The notes beneath the pieces were generated by a model, which saw only the letters and a list, made by a program, of their open reading frames with translations, did no database searches and was not told the DNA's origin. A program made the position numbers and the translations under genes. This document shows, piece by piece, positions 30,651 to 39,104 of a DNA stretch of 64,000 nucleotides. The stretch's first letter is position 1. Every line of letters starts with the position of its first letter. This DNA comes from an uncultured Acidobacteriota bacterium (GTDB lineage: Bacteria > Acidobacteriota > Thermoanaerobaculia > Multivoradales > JAHEKO01), in assembly GCA_963713825.1 (NCBI GenBank), contig CAVQNG010000005.1, positions 256,001 through 320,000 of the forward strand, given 5' to 3'.

Positions 30651-31595
30651 CTATTCACCCTGCTGCAGATACTCCAGGAAGTCCCTGGCCTCGGTCGCGC
30701 GTGGCGTGTCGGGAGCGAGCTCGATGAGCTTCTCGAAATCGGCCGCTGCGGCATCGTTCTCACCCTTGTTGAGCAGCACCAGACCTCGGTAGTAGTAGGC
30801 GGCCGCGAGGTCGGGGAAGTTCCCGACGACTCTCTCGAACTCCACCAGCGCCTCGTCCAGATTACCGTCGTTGTAGAGATCGATGCCGACGTTCAAATAG
30901 GCATCGGCGTCGAGTAGCTCGCCTTCCGGGAGCTGATCCATGAAGACTTTTGCCTCGTCTGGGCGCCCCTGTGCCACCAACATGCTGCTCAGGAGCTTCA
31001 GAGCATCGATGTTGTCGGGCTCGATCTCCACGATCCGCCTCAGGGTTGCTTCGGCCTGTTCCAGGTTGTCTTCCTGGTAGTAGGTGCGGGCGATGCCCAT
31101 CAGCACGGGAGGGTGATTCTCCACGTCGAGCTCGGCCAGCGCGTTCTCATACTCGGCCCGAGCCTCGGTGGTCTTGCCTTCCTGCAGGAGCTGATTCCCT
31201 TGTTCGAGGAGCTCCACCGACAACTCGGCTGCGGCCTCGGCCAGCACTTCCGGCGGGATGGGTCGCAGAGTGACATTGACGGTGGCGGATCTACCGAACT
31301 CATTCGCCCCCACTGTTCCCTCTGAAGGGACATAGCCCGGAAACTCGATGCTGACGGTCCACATGCCGTTGGTCAGCCCAAGAAAACTCCACTTGCCCTT
31401 CGCGTTGGTGAAGAAGGGCTCGGGCCCCTCGCCGGCCCGGATGAGAGTGATCCTGGCGCCTTCGATGGGTTCGCCGTTTTCGTCCTTTACGGTGCCTTGT
31501 AAGCGGCCTCGCCCGGCCCAGCCCTGTGCCAGCACAGGGGTTGCCGCGACAGCCAGAAGTAGAGCTATCACTACCAGGGTTGCAACGTGTCGCAT
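30651..31595 (-). CDS. exported protein with carboxypeptidase-regulatory-like (prealbumin fold) domain and TPRs
   Basis: Signal peptide, GRLQGTVKDENGEPIEGA...T...GKW...GL..G.W, then TPRs. GAGGAG RBS. Confidence 0.88.
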   Translation of the reverse strand: MRHVATLVVIALLLAVAATPVLAQGWAGRGRLQGTVKDENGEPIEGARITLIRAGEGPEPFFTNAKGKWSFLGLTNGMWTVSIEFPGYVPSEGTVGANEFGRSATVNVTLRPIPPEVLAEAAAELSVELLEQGNQLLQEGKTTEARAEYENALAELDVENHPPVLMGIARTYYQEDNLEQAEATLRRIVEIEPDNIDALKLLSSMLVAQGRPDEAKVFMDQLPEGELLDADAYLNVGIDLYNDGNLDEALVEFERVVGNFPDLAAAYYYRGLVLLNKGENDAAAADFEKLIELAPDTPRATEARDFLEYLQQGE

Positions 31596-31680
31596 GCTGA
31601 TCTCCTCATGGAATGTGGGCCGACGATCTGCCTCCAGCGGGGGGAGTGCCGCCGGCCAAAGACGGGCCGAGTTTAGCAGA

Positions 31681-31711
31681 AAAAAAAGCCGGGGGCTCGA
31701 GGCCCCCGGCG
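31681..31711 (-). terminator. Rho-independent terminator after the TonB-dependent receptor gene
   Basis: Minus strand reads GCCGGGGGC-CTCGA-GCCCCCGGC followed by T7. Confidence 0.85.
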
Positions 31712-31739
31712 GGAAAAACAAGTGCTGCAGTACTAGGAC

Positions 31740-34700
31740 TTACCGCCAGTTCAAGCGGACACCGAGTCGGAAGACCCGAGGTGCCAGCGAGGTACTGATC
31801 CACCCCACGTTGCTGGAGGTGGTGTTGCGGAAGCGATCCAGTACGACACCGTCGTTGAAGATATTGAAGGCATCGATCGAGAAGGTCAGGCCGAGGTTAC
31901 CCGTCGTCCTGAACTCTTTTTCGAGCCGCATATCCATGGAGAACAGATCCTCCATTCGGTAGTCGTCGATGCTCGGAGCACCCTGAATCGACCGTGAAAT
32001 TCCGTCCAGGCCGGTTCTGTTCCGGTAGTACGGAATCGGATAGCCCTGACGGCCGGTCATGTTGGCGGCGACGTTGAAGCCCCACGGGCGATCCGGCGCC
32101 ACCTGGTACATGCCATTCAAGTTCCAACCCCATTCGGACTGCAGCCAGGACTCGTTGCGGCCGGAACCAGTCGACTGAATGACATAGGTCGAGCCGTCGA
32201 TCACGGCACCAGCAGCCACGCCAGGCAGCACGCGGTTGGGATCGTTGTTGTTGAAGTAGCTCGTCGGCACACTCCAGGTCTCGTCGAAGTTGTACTGGAC
32301 GTAACCACGCATCATCCACTGGTTCGCCAGTCGCTTCGTGAAGCCGATGGTGCCACCGAGGTAGTCGATCTCACGGTCACCGTTGGTGAACAGCTGACCA
32401 CCCGTGTAGTTCCATTTCGACGGATCCGCCGAAAAGGTGTTATACGAGTAGGTCCCCGCAGGTCCACCAATGCCCGGAATCGTGATGTCGAGTTGGGTCG
32501 GGTCCGTGATGTACTCACTGGCCGGAATCGTCTGCGGTGTCGCGTTGTCGTTGCCGACAGGTGTGAACAGCCGCTGGAAGTCCTGTACATCCGTGACCTT
32601 ACGCCAGGTGAGAGTACCGCTGACCACGAACTCAGGCAGGAAGGCATGCTCGGCACCAAGGATCAACTCGTTGGTGAGCGGTGCATCCATGCCCGGGTCG
32701 TTCTTGTTGGATGACGACAGGGCTGTCGGGTCATTGGGGTTGAAGCCCCAGTATCCCGCCGCTACCTCGTACTGCTCGCCGTCATCGTAGAAGCCCGGGA
32801 AACCACCCGGATCGTCGACGAAGACGATGTACGCTAGTTGCGCGGACAAGGGACTCGTGCGGCTGATATTGCCCAGCGACATGACATCCGGGAACTGCGA
32901 GAAGCTACCGCGCAGCAGCGTTTTGCGCTCCTCACCGAGGGCGTAAGTAACACCCAGGCGGGGAGTGATGCTCGACCAATTGAGCCCGTCGGCGTCGTTA
33001 CCGGCGAAGTCGATGGCAGGCATTTCATTCGGGAAGCCGATGTTGGCATCCACGACACCAGCCGTGTTCTCACCGGACTGGTCGTCCCAACGGAAGCCGA
33101 CGTTGAATGTCCATGAGCCCATCGTCATCGTGTCCTGGACCCACAACGAATCGTAATTCGTGATGTTAGGTACGGGACCCTGACGGTAGGCGTAGACCGC
33201 AGCGTAGTCGTCCGCACGGTTCACAGGCAGTCCAAGCGAGGCACCCAGAGCGACATCGCCCGCCACGCCGGCATAGGTGCCGTCGTAGTGGAAGATGTTC
33301 CGGCCGGGGTACGACCAGGCACTCTCGGTGGAAGCTTCACGCGTCCGGCCACCGAACTTGAGCTCGTGGTTCAAGTTCGACGTGGTGAAGAAGTAGGAGC
33401 CGTCGATCTTGATCTCCTCGGTCGGACGGCTGTTGCCGCCGGAAGCGTTGTTGGTCGTGAAACCGTTGCCGTCGGTGTACTTCTCACCGCCGGGGAACGG
33501 ATTTGCAGCGTTGCCCGAACCGGCACCACCCTGCGCCGTCAGCGAGAAACCGCCATCGACAAAGGAGTACTGACCGGTCAGGAAGAGGTTCGAGCCGAAG
33601 ACGTGCGTGTCCTCGATCTTGGTGATCCCCGTCGGACCACGCTGGTTCCAGGTCGCCGAGGGGTCGCTGTCCGGCGACGCGCCACGGCCGATCTTCCGTT
33701 TGTCACCGTTGTTGAAGGAGGCGACGAACGAGTTGGCCGCGGTGAACTGGGCGTTCAACTTGATCGCGGTGCCTTCGAGGATCGTGCGGTCGGACTGGCC
33801 ACCACCGGTGATCCGGTTGATGTCGTTCTGACCCCACGAAGCCCACAGCCAGACGCGATCCCGCCACGCCGGACCACCAGCCTCGAAGCCGAATTCCTGG
33901 ATACGATCCACCGTGTCACCTTGATAGTTCGTCTGGCCCGGTCCGAGATCGCTCTGGCTGAAGCCAGGATCAGCGGCTTCGAGCGCGCCGAAGTAACCAC
34001 CAGCGTCGGTCAGCAGGAAGCGGGCCGTGCCGCGGAACTCGTTGGTACCACGCTTGGTCACCATGTTGACCGAGACACCGGCTGCGCCCTTGCTTACATC
34101 GGGACCACCGGTTGCCAGCTGAATCTCGGAGAACTGGTCGAAATCGTAGTAGGTCGGTGAGGAGCCGATGGCGGACATGTCCGTGATCTGGACACCGTCG
34201 ACAAGAAAGTCGTTCTCGTCGCCGTTGTTGGCCTGGCCACGGAAGACGGCCTGCTGGCCGCTCTCGTTACCACCGACGTTGATGCGGTCGGTCATGACAC
34301 CGGGAGCCTGCTGCACGATGGCCCACGGGTCACGCGCGCTCGGAATGCTCTCGAGCTCGACCTGACTGATCGTGGTACCGGCAGTGAGCTTGCGCTCATC
34401 CAACAGCGGGCTCTCGGAAGTCACCGTGATCACCTCACCAATGGCAGCACTGAGCTGCACCTGGATCGTGGTGCTCTTACCGACTCTGACGCTGACGTTC
34501 GGGTACTCAACGGTGGAGAAACCGTCCAGGGTGGCCTTCAGGCTGTAATTGCCTGGGGCCAGACCGAGGAAACGTGTTTCACCCTGTGCGTTGGTAATCC
34601 CGAGTCTGGGCGCTCCGCCACCCACCATTTCAACATTGACGCCTGGCAGAGTTTGTCCTGCGGTGTCGGTGACCTGAACATAAATGTTCCCGGTCTCCTC

Positions 34701-34775
34701 CTGCGCTACTGCCATGGTGCTCAGCAGGAGCGCAACACCGAAGACAACGTACTTTCGCCACATGCTTCGGTTCAT
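31740..34775 (-). CDS. TonB-dependent receptor-like outer-membrane protein (Oar type, N-terminal carboxypeptidase-regulatory domain)
   Basis: Signal peptide, prealbumin-like domain, plug (ARDPW...PGV; VTKRGTNEFRG) and beta-barrel ending DAFNIFN...PRVFRLGVRLNW. AAGGAGG RBS before ATG 34775. Confidence 0.92.
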   Translation of the reverse strand: MNRSMWRKYVVFGVALLLSTMAVAQEETGNIYVQVTDTAGQTLPGVNVEMVGGGAPRLGITNAQGETRFLGLAPGNYSLKATLDGFSTVEYPNVSVRVGKSTTIQVQLSAAIGEVITVTSESPLLDERKLTAGTTISQVELESIPSARDPWAIVQQAPGVMTDRINVGGNESGQQAVFRGQANNGDENDFLVDGVQITDMSAIGSSPTYYDFDQFSEIQLATGGPDVSKGAAGVSVNMVTKRGTNEFRGTARFLLTDAGGYFGALEAADPGFSQSDLGPGQTNYQGDTVDRIQEFGFEAGGPAWRDRVWLWASWGQNDINRITGGGQSDRTILEGTAIKLNAQFTAANSFVASFNNGDKRKIGRGASPDSDPSATWNQRGPTGITKIEDTHVFGSNLFLTGQYSFVDGGFSLTAQGGAGSGNAANPFPGGEKYTDGNGFTTNNASGGNSRPTEEIKIDGSYFFTTSNLNHELKFGGRTREASTESAWSYPGRNIFHYDGTYAGVAGDVALGASLGLPVNRADDYAAVYAYRQGPVPNITNYDSLWVQDTMTMGSWTFNVGFRWDDQSGENTAGVVDANIGFPNEMPAIDFAGNDADGLNWSSITPRLGVTYALGEERKTLLRGSFSQFPDVMSLGNISRTSPLSAQLAYIVFVDDPGGFPGFYDDGEQYEVAAGYWGFNPNDPTALSSSNKNDPGMDAPLTNELILGAEHAFLPEFVVSGTLTWRKVTDVQDFQRLFTPVGNDNATPQTIPASEYITDPTQLDITIPGIGGPAGTYSYNTFSADPSKWNYTGGQLFTNGDREIDYLGGTIGFTKRLANQWMMRGYVQYNFDETWSVPTSYFNNNDPNRVLPGVAAGAVIDGSTYVIQSTGSGRNESWLQSEWGWNLNGMYQVAPDRPWGFNVAANMTGRQGYPIPYYRNRTGLDGISRSIQGAPSIDDYRMEDLFSMDMRLEKEFRTTGNLGLTFSIDAFNIFNDGVVLDRFRNTTSSNVGWISTSLAPRVFRLGVRLNWR

Positions 34776-34946
34776 ACGAAAAACCTCCTTGGTCATTCGT
34801 GTTTGGAGCTTTCGCACGCTGCCAAAGCTCCGCTTACGTTGTTATAAAAGAACGAGGACATGACATCCTCGAATGCACACGCTGGATAAAGCCTCACCGA
34901 ATTGTCCGAACTCGAAAACTCTATAGAAACCATCACTACCAAGTCA

Positions 34947-34963
34947 AGCAAAGTCGCTGCCAA
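34947..34963 (-). promoter_or_regulatory. sigma54 (-24/-12) promoter of the TonB-dependent receptor gene
   Basis: Minus strand TTGGCAGCGACTTTGCT is GG-N10-GC, close to the TGGCAC-N5-TTGCW consensus. Confidence 0.6.
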
Positions 34964-34990
34964 CTTTTTTGGCGACTTGTTTGAGACTAC

Positions 34991-35003
34991 TAAATGTTTG
35001 ATA
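34991..35003 (-). promoter_or_regulatory. IHF binding site
   Basis: Minus strand TATCAAACATTTA matches WATCAANNNNTTR exactly, about 55-67 nt upstream of the predicted sigma54 TSS. Confidence 0.55.
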
Positions 35004-35257
35004 AGTATAGGCTTAGGGCTTTCCACAAGGGGTGTGGACTGAGGTGGGGAAGGGGTCGATTCGGTCCTTTGAACTCGTCCAATCCAATTTTCTGGATTCT
35101 GGCCCCGTAAGGCCCTGGGAAGCCTTGGGTGCAGGGCTGGATCTGCTGGCAATCGGGACGGAGTATGATGATGCGACCGACCGGCGCTGCGGCCCAGCAA
35201 ACCTTTCCGCAGGGCTCGACGTATGGGAAGGATGGGAGATCAGTGAAACACGGCACC

Positions 35258-36388
35258 ATGAAGGCAAGATCAGGTTTTCAGATTCTCTCGCTGGCCGTGC
35301 TGTGCACGGCGGTTGCGGGCTGCTCGGGATACGAGCCGATCGATCCTCAGGAGCTCTTGTACGACGATTTGGCGGCGAGAGTTGGAGCCGAGAGAGCCCG
35401 GAGCATTGCAGTGCCCTTCCAGATCAATGATGAGATCCGCCAGGCAATGCGTGGGCGCGCCATGCCGATCGGCCGCGAGAAGACGCGCACCAGTGCGATT
35501 CTGGACTTTGTCTTCGAATCGCTCGATTTGCAGTACTCGCTGTCGCCGACGCGCGACGCGATCGGTACCTATCGGGCCAGGAGTGGGAACTGTCTGTCGT
35601 TCGTCAATCTGTTCGTTGGCATGGCCCGTGAAGTCCACCTGAACCCCTTCTATGTCGAGGTCACCGACTTCCAGCGCTGGAACTACCGGGATGGGGTCGT
35701 CGTCAGCCAGGGTCACATCGTCGCTGGCATGTCTGTCGATGGCAGCCTTTCGACTTTCGACTTTCTACCCTACGAAGCAAAAGCCTACCGGGACTTCAAG
35801 CCGATCGACGACATGACGGCGATCGCGCACTACTACAACAACATCGGCGCCGAGGCTCTGCTCGATGACAATCTGGAGCAAGCGGAGCAGGCCCTGACGC
35901 TGGCGGTCGACCTGGATCCGGACTTCAACAAGGCGCTCAACAACCTGGGAGTCTTCTTCTTACGGTCGGGTCAAGCTGACGAGGCCGTGCAAATGTTTCG
36001 CGGTGCGTTGGAGAGAGATCCGGCGGATGTGGCTCTGATGACGAACCTGGCGCGAGCTTTGCAGACGAAAGGTGATGTACAGGAGGCCAAAAAACTGTTG
36101 GCGCAGCTCGACGAGGTCAGCCAGACGAGCCCGTTCTTCTTCATCTACCGAGGGGAGATGGCTCTGGGCGATGGAGATACAGCGCAGGCTCTCGAATTCA
36201 TGCGAGAAGCCCTGCGGCGGGACAGTGAGGTGCCGGAAGTGCATGTCGGCCTGGTGAAGGTGTACCTGGCGCTCGGTGACATGGACAAAGCCCGCCACCA
36301 TCTCGAGCGGGCTCTGCGCCTCGATGCCACCAATCAGGAGGCGCGTCGGTTCGCAGTCATGTTGCAGGCGAAAGAAGTCGAGAACTAG
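35258..36388 (+). CDS. transglutaminase-like + TPR lipoprotein
   Basis: Lipobox VAGC; GNCLSF (Cys), GHIV (His), FDF (Asp); C-terminal TPRs. Confidence 0.8.
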   Translation: MKARSGFQILSLAVLCTAVAGCSGYEPIDPQELLYDDLAARVGAERARSIAVPFQINDEIRQAMRGRAMPIGREKTRTSAILDFVFESLDLQYSLSPTRDAIGTYRARSGNCLSFVNLFVGMAREVHLNPFYVEVTDFQRWNYRDGVVVSQGHIVAGMSVDGSLSTFDFLPYEAKAYRDFKPIDDMTAIAHYYNNIGAEALLDDNLEQAEQALTLAVDLDPDFNKALNNLGVFFLRSGQADEAVQMFRGALERDPADVALMTNLARALQTKGDVQEAKKLLAQLDEVSQTSPFFFIYRGEMALGDGDTAQALEFMREALRRDSEVPEVHVGLVKVYLALGDMDKARHHLERALRLDATNQEARRFAVMLQAKEVEN

Positions 36389-36447
36389 GTTGCGGGCGAA
36401 GAACCTCAGTCTCGTCCTGTTGCAGAGGAGTCGAACAGGGAGCTAGG

Positions 36448-38679
36448 ATGAAGGTAGCCGTTTCTCCGAGGAGGTCGAGCATGTCGCAGCTATCCTTGCC
36501 TCCAGGCCATCGAGCCGCTGCTCTGATCGTGGCTGCCCTGGGTCTGGTTACCGTCCCGCCCCCAATCCAAAGCCAAACCGTTGAAGAGGTCTTCAGGGAC
36601 ACCGTCGAGGTCGTCGAGATTCAGGTGCCGGTCAACGTGGTCGGCAAGGATGGTGAGCCGGTTCGAGGCCTCACCGCCGAGAGCTTCGAGGTCTTCGACG
36701 GCAAGAAACAGCAACAGATCACTGGCTTCAGGGTGGTCGATCTGGATGTGATCGAGAGCAGCATGACCCGGCGGGAGATGGAGCTGGCGGTTCCCGCCGC
36801 GGCCCGGCGCCACTTTCTGCTGCTCTTCGATCTCTCGTTTTCCACGCCCACCTCCATTCTCAGGGCCCGCGAGGCGGCGCGGCAGTTCGTCCTGGATTCT
36901 CTGCATCCGACCGATCTGGCGGCGGTCATGGTCTTCGAAGCGGAGTGGGGTCCACGATTGATCATCACCTTCACACCCGACCGGGTGCAGCTGGCCCGCG
37001 CGATCGACACGCTGGGTGGCGCGCGATGGATGATGGCAGGCCGCAACAACATCGATCCGCTGCGTTTCATGGTGCCGGATCTCTTGCCGGGTAGGGGGCC
37101 GGGTGGTATCGGCGACCCGTTGCCGATGAGCCCCTCCGATCCGAACTCTCGGGACGACGCGCTGGCCGCGGCGACATTTCGCGCCGTCGGGAAAATGATG
37201 AGCGACACCGAAAAAAGTTACGAGGCCGGCCGTGTCGCCTCCTGGGCGTCATCGATGGAGACCCTGGCCAAGCTGCTGGAGAGTGTCCAAGGCCGCAAGC
37301 ATGTCATTCACTTCTCTGAAGGCTTCGATGGTCGGCACTTCCTGGGGCGCAATCCCGATCCCAACGATCCGTCCTTCCAGGAGGACCGCAGCAACATCGA
37401 ATGGGGACAATACTGGATGGTGGACTCCAACGATCTCTACGGCGATACAGGGTTGCAGAACGCCATGGTCGAGATGGTCGAGGAGTTTCGGCGCGCCGAC
37501 GCCGTGATCCAGGCGGTCGACATCTCGGGGCTGGGCAGCGAATCGGAGGCAGCCGCGCGCGCCAAGGGCACCACGAAGAGCGCCATGTTCTACGTTGCCA
37601 ACGAGACCGGCGGTGAGTTGTTCGACAATGCGAACAACTTCGGGCCGGAGCTCGAAGAGGTGCTGCGGCACACAGCGGTGACGTACGTGCTGACCTTCCA
37701 GCCAGAGGAAATGGACTTCGATGGCACGTTTCACAAACTGCGGGTCAAGGCCGATCTGCCGGAGGGTGGGCGGGTCTTTTACCGCCGCGGCTACTACTCC
37801 CCTCGTCCCTTTAGCGACCTCGATCCGATGGAGAAGCAGCTGCTCGCTTCCGATGCCATCGCGGCCGCCGAGCCCCGAAGGGATGTTGGTGTACAGATCC
37901 TCGCCGCCCCCTTCAAGGCTTCGGCCGAGGCGGCCTATGTGCCGATCATCATCGAAGTCGATGGTGGCAGCCTGATCCGTGGCCAGGACGGAGATGATGT
38001 CGCGGCCGAGATCTACACCTATGTCAGCGACAGCCAGGGGCAGATGCTCGACTTTTTCACGCAGCTTGTGAGTCTCGATGTGTCGCGCGGCAAGGAGTCC
38101 TTTGTCCGCGGCGGAGTGAAGTACTACGGGCAGCTGTTTCTCCCGCCGGGTGACTACATGGTTCGGGTGCTGGTTCGCAATAGCTTGACTGGCCGCACCG
38201 GCGTAGAAACCGTGAGCGTCCCCGTGCCGAGCTACGAAGACCAACCGGCCGTGCTCCTGCCACCGCTATTCCTGGAATCGCAGGAGCGGTGGGTTCTGGT
38301 TCGGGAGAACCGGGAAGGACCTGACCAGGGCACGGTGGTGTATCCGTTCACGGTCCGCGGTGAGCCCTTCATTCCGGCGGCCAAACCGTCGGTGCGCCAG
38401 CGTGGGCAGATCGATGTGTGCCTGGTGGGGTACAACCTGGGCGATAGCTCTCTGGAGTTCGACACGATGGTCTTCGATTCCGACCATCAGCGGATCGAAG
38501 GCGGCGCCTTCGATCTGGTGGAGAGGACCATTACGGGCATTGCCGGCCAGGACAAGTTGCTGGGCCGATTCCGACCCGAAGGCCTGGACGCAGGTGAGTA
38601 CACCGTGCAGTTCTTCCTCAACAACCCTGAGCTCGGCGCTGTCGAATCGTCCTCCGTACCGATCACCGTTTTGAATTGA
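36448..38679 (+). CDS. exported VWA-domain protein (Acidobacteria VWFA-related type)
   Basis: V.VPVNVVGKDGEPVRGLT..F.V.DG, LLFDLS.S, GRKHVI.FSEG, ANETGG, DG.FHKLRVK, R.GYY, then a C-terminal Ig-like region. Start may be 36481. Confidence 0.85.
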   Translation: MKVAVSPRRSSMSQLSLPPGHRAAALIVAALGLVTVPPPIQSQTVEEVFRDTVEVVEIQVPVNVVGKDGEPVRGLTAESFEVFDGKKQQQITGFRVVDLDVIESSMTRREMELAVPAAARRHFLLLFDLSFSTPTSILRAREAARQFVLDSLHPTDLAAVMVFEAEWGPRLIITFTPDRVQLARAIDTLGGARWMMAGRNNIDPLRFMVPDLLPGRGPGGIGDPLPMSPSDPNSRDDALAAATFRAVGKMMSDTEKSYEAGRVASWASSMETLAKLLESVQGRKHVIHFSEGFDGRHFLGRNPDPNDPSFQEDRSNIEWGQYWMVDSNDLYGDTGLQNAMVEMVEEFRRADAVIQAVDISGLGSESEAAARAKGTTKSAMFYVANETGGELFDNANNFGPELEEVLRHTAVTYVLTFQPEEMDFDGTFHKLRVKADLPEGGRVFYRRGYYSPRPFSDLDPMEKQLLASDAIAAAEPRRDVGVQILAAPFKASAEAAYVPIIIEVDGGSLIRGQDGDDVAAEIYTYVSDSQGQMLDFFTQLVSLDVSRGKESFVRGGVKYYGQLFLPPGDYMVRVLVRNSLTGRTGVETVSVPVPSYEDQPAVLLPPLFLESQERWVLVRENREGPDQGTVVYPFTVRGEPFIPAAKPSVRQRGQIDVCLVGYNLGDSSLEFDTMVFDSDHQRIEGGAFDLVERTITGIAGQDKLLGRFRPEGLDAGEYTVQFFLNNPELGAVESSSVPITVLN

Positions 38680-38739
38680 TAGGCCGTGATTGATGGGCGA
38701 CGGCTCTCGATTCGGTCCATTTCGGTTCGTTTTCAGGAG

Positions 38740-38769
38740 TTGACACTCGTGGGAGGCCTTTGCTAGCGT
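38740..38769 (+). promoter_or_regulatory. sigma70 promoter of the tRNA-Val/thrS unit
   Basis: TTGACA-N18-TAGCGT with extended -10 TG. Confidence 0.55.
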
Positions 38770-38819
38770 CGCAGGTCCTCAGCGGGGCAGCTGCGCTGAG
38801 GATTTGCTATTGGAACGAT

Positions 38820-38897
38820 AGGCCCGTAGCTCAGCTTGGTTAGAGCGCTACGTTGACATCGTAGAGGTCAGCGGTTCAAGTCCGCTCGGGCCTACCA
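38820..38897 (+). tRNA. tRNA-Val(GAC)
   Basis: Cloverleaf with acceptor AGGCCCG/CGGGCCT, anticodon arm CTACG-TTGACAT-CGTAG, T loop GGTTCAAGTCC and encoded CCA. Confidence 0.97.
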
Positions 38898-38930
38898 GGC
38901 TTCTTACCAGTCGCCGGACTGGATTCGACC

Positions 38931-39007
38931 AGGCGCTTAGCTCAGCTGGTTAGAGCGCTACCTTCACACGGTAGAGGTCAGCGGTTCAAGTCCGCTAGCG
39001 CCTACCA
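38931..39007 (+). tRNA. tRNA-Val(CAC)
   Basis: Cloverleaf with acceptor AGGCGCT/AGCGCCT, anticodon arm CTACC-TTCACAC-GGTAG and encoded CCA. Confidence 0.97.
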
Positions 39008-39104
39008 TTTCTTTCGAGAAGCGAGATGACAACTGACCCTCCCAGGCTCGAACCTCGAGTCGCGACGGTCGGCATCTAGCCGCAGCGAGAAATCGAGAAC
39101 CATC

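Noticed and set aside
35020-35040. DnaA boxes / replication origin
   Set aside because: Only one mismatched box plus a partial one, with no dnaA context. Better explained as promoter elements.
13368-38679. Genomic island integrated at tRNA-Val
   Set aside because: No integrase, no duplicated tRNA 3' end seen, the cluster is 5' of the tRNAs, and composition looks native.
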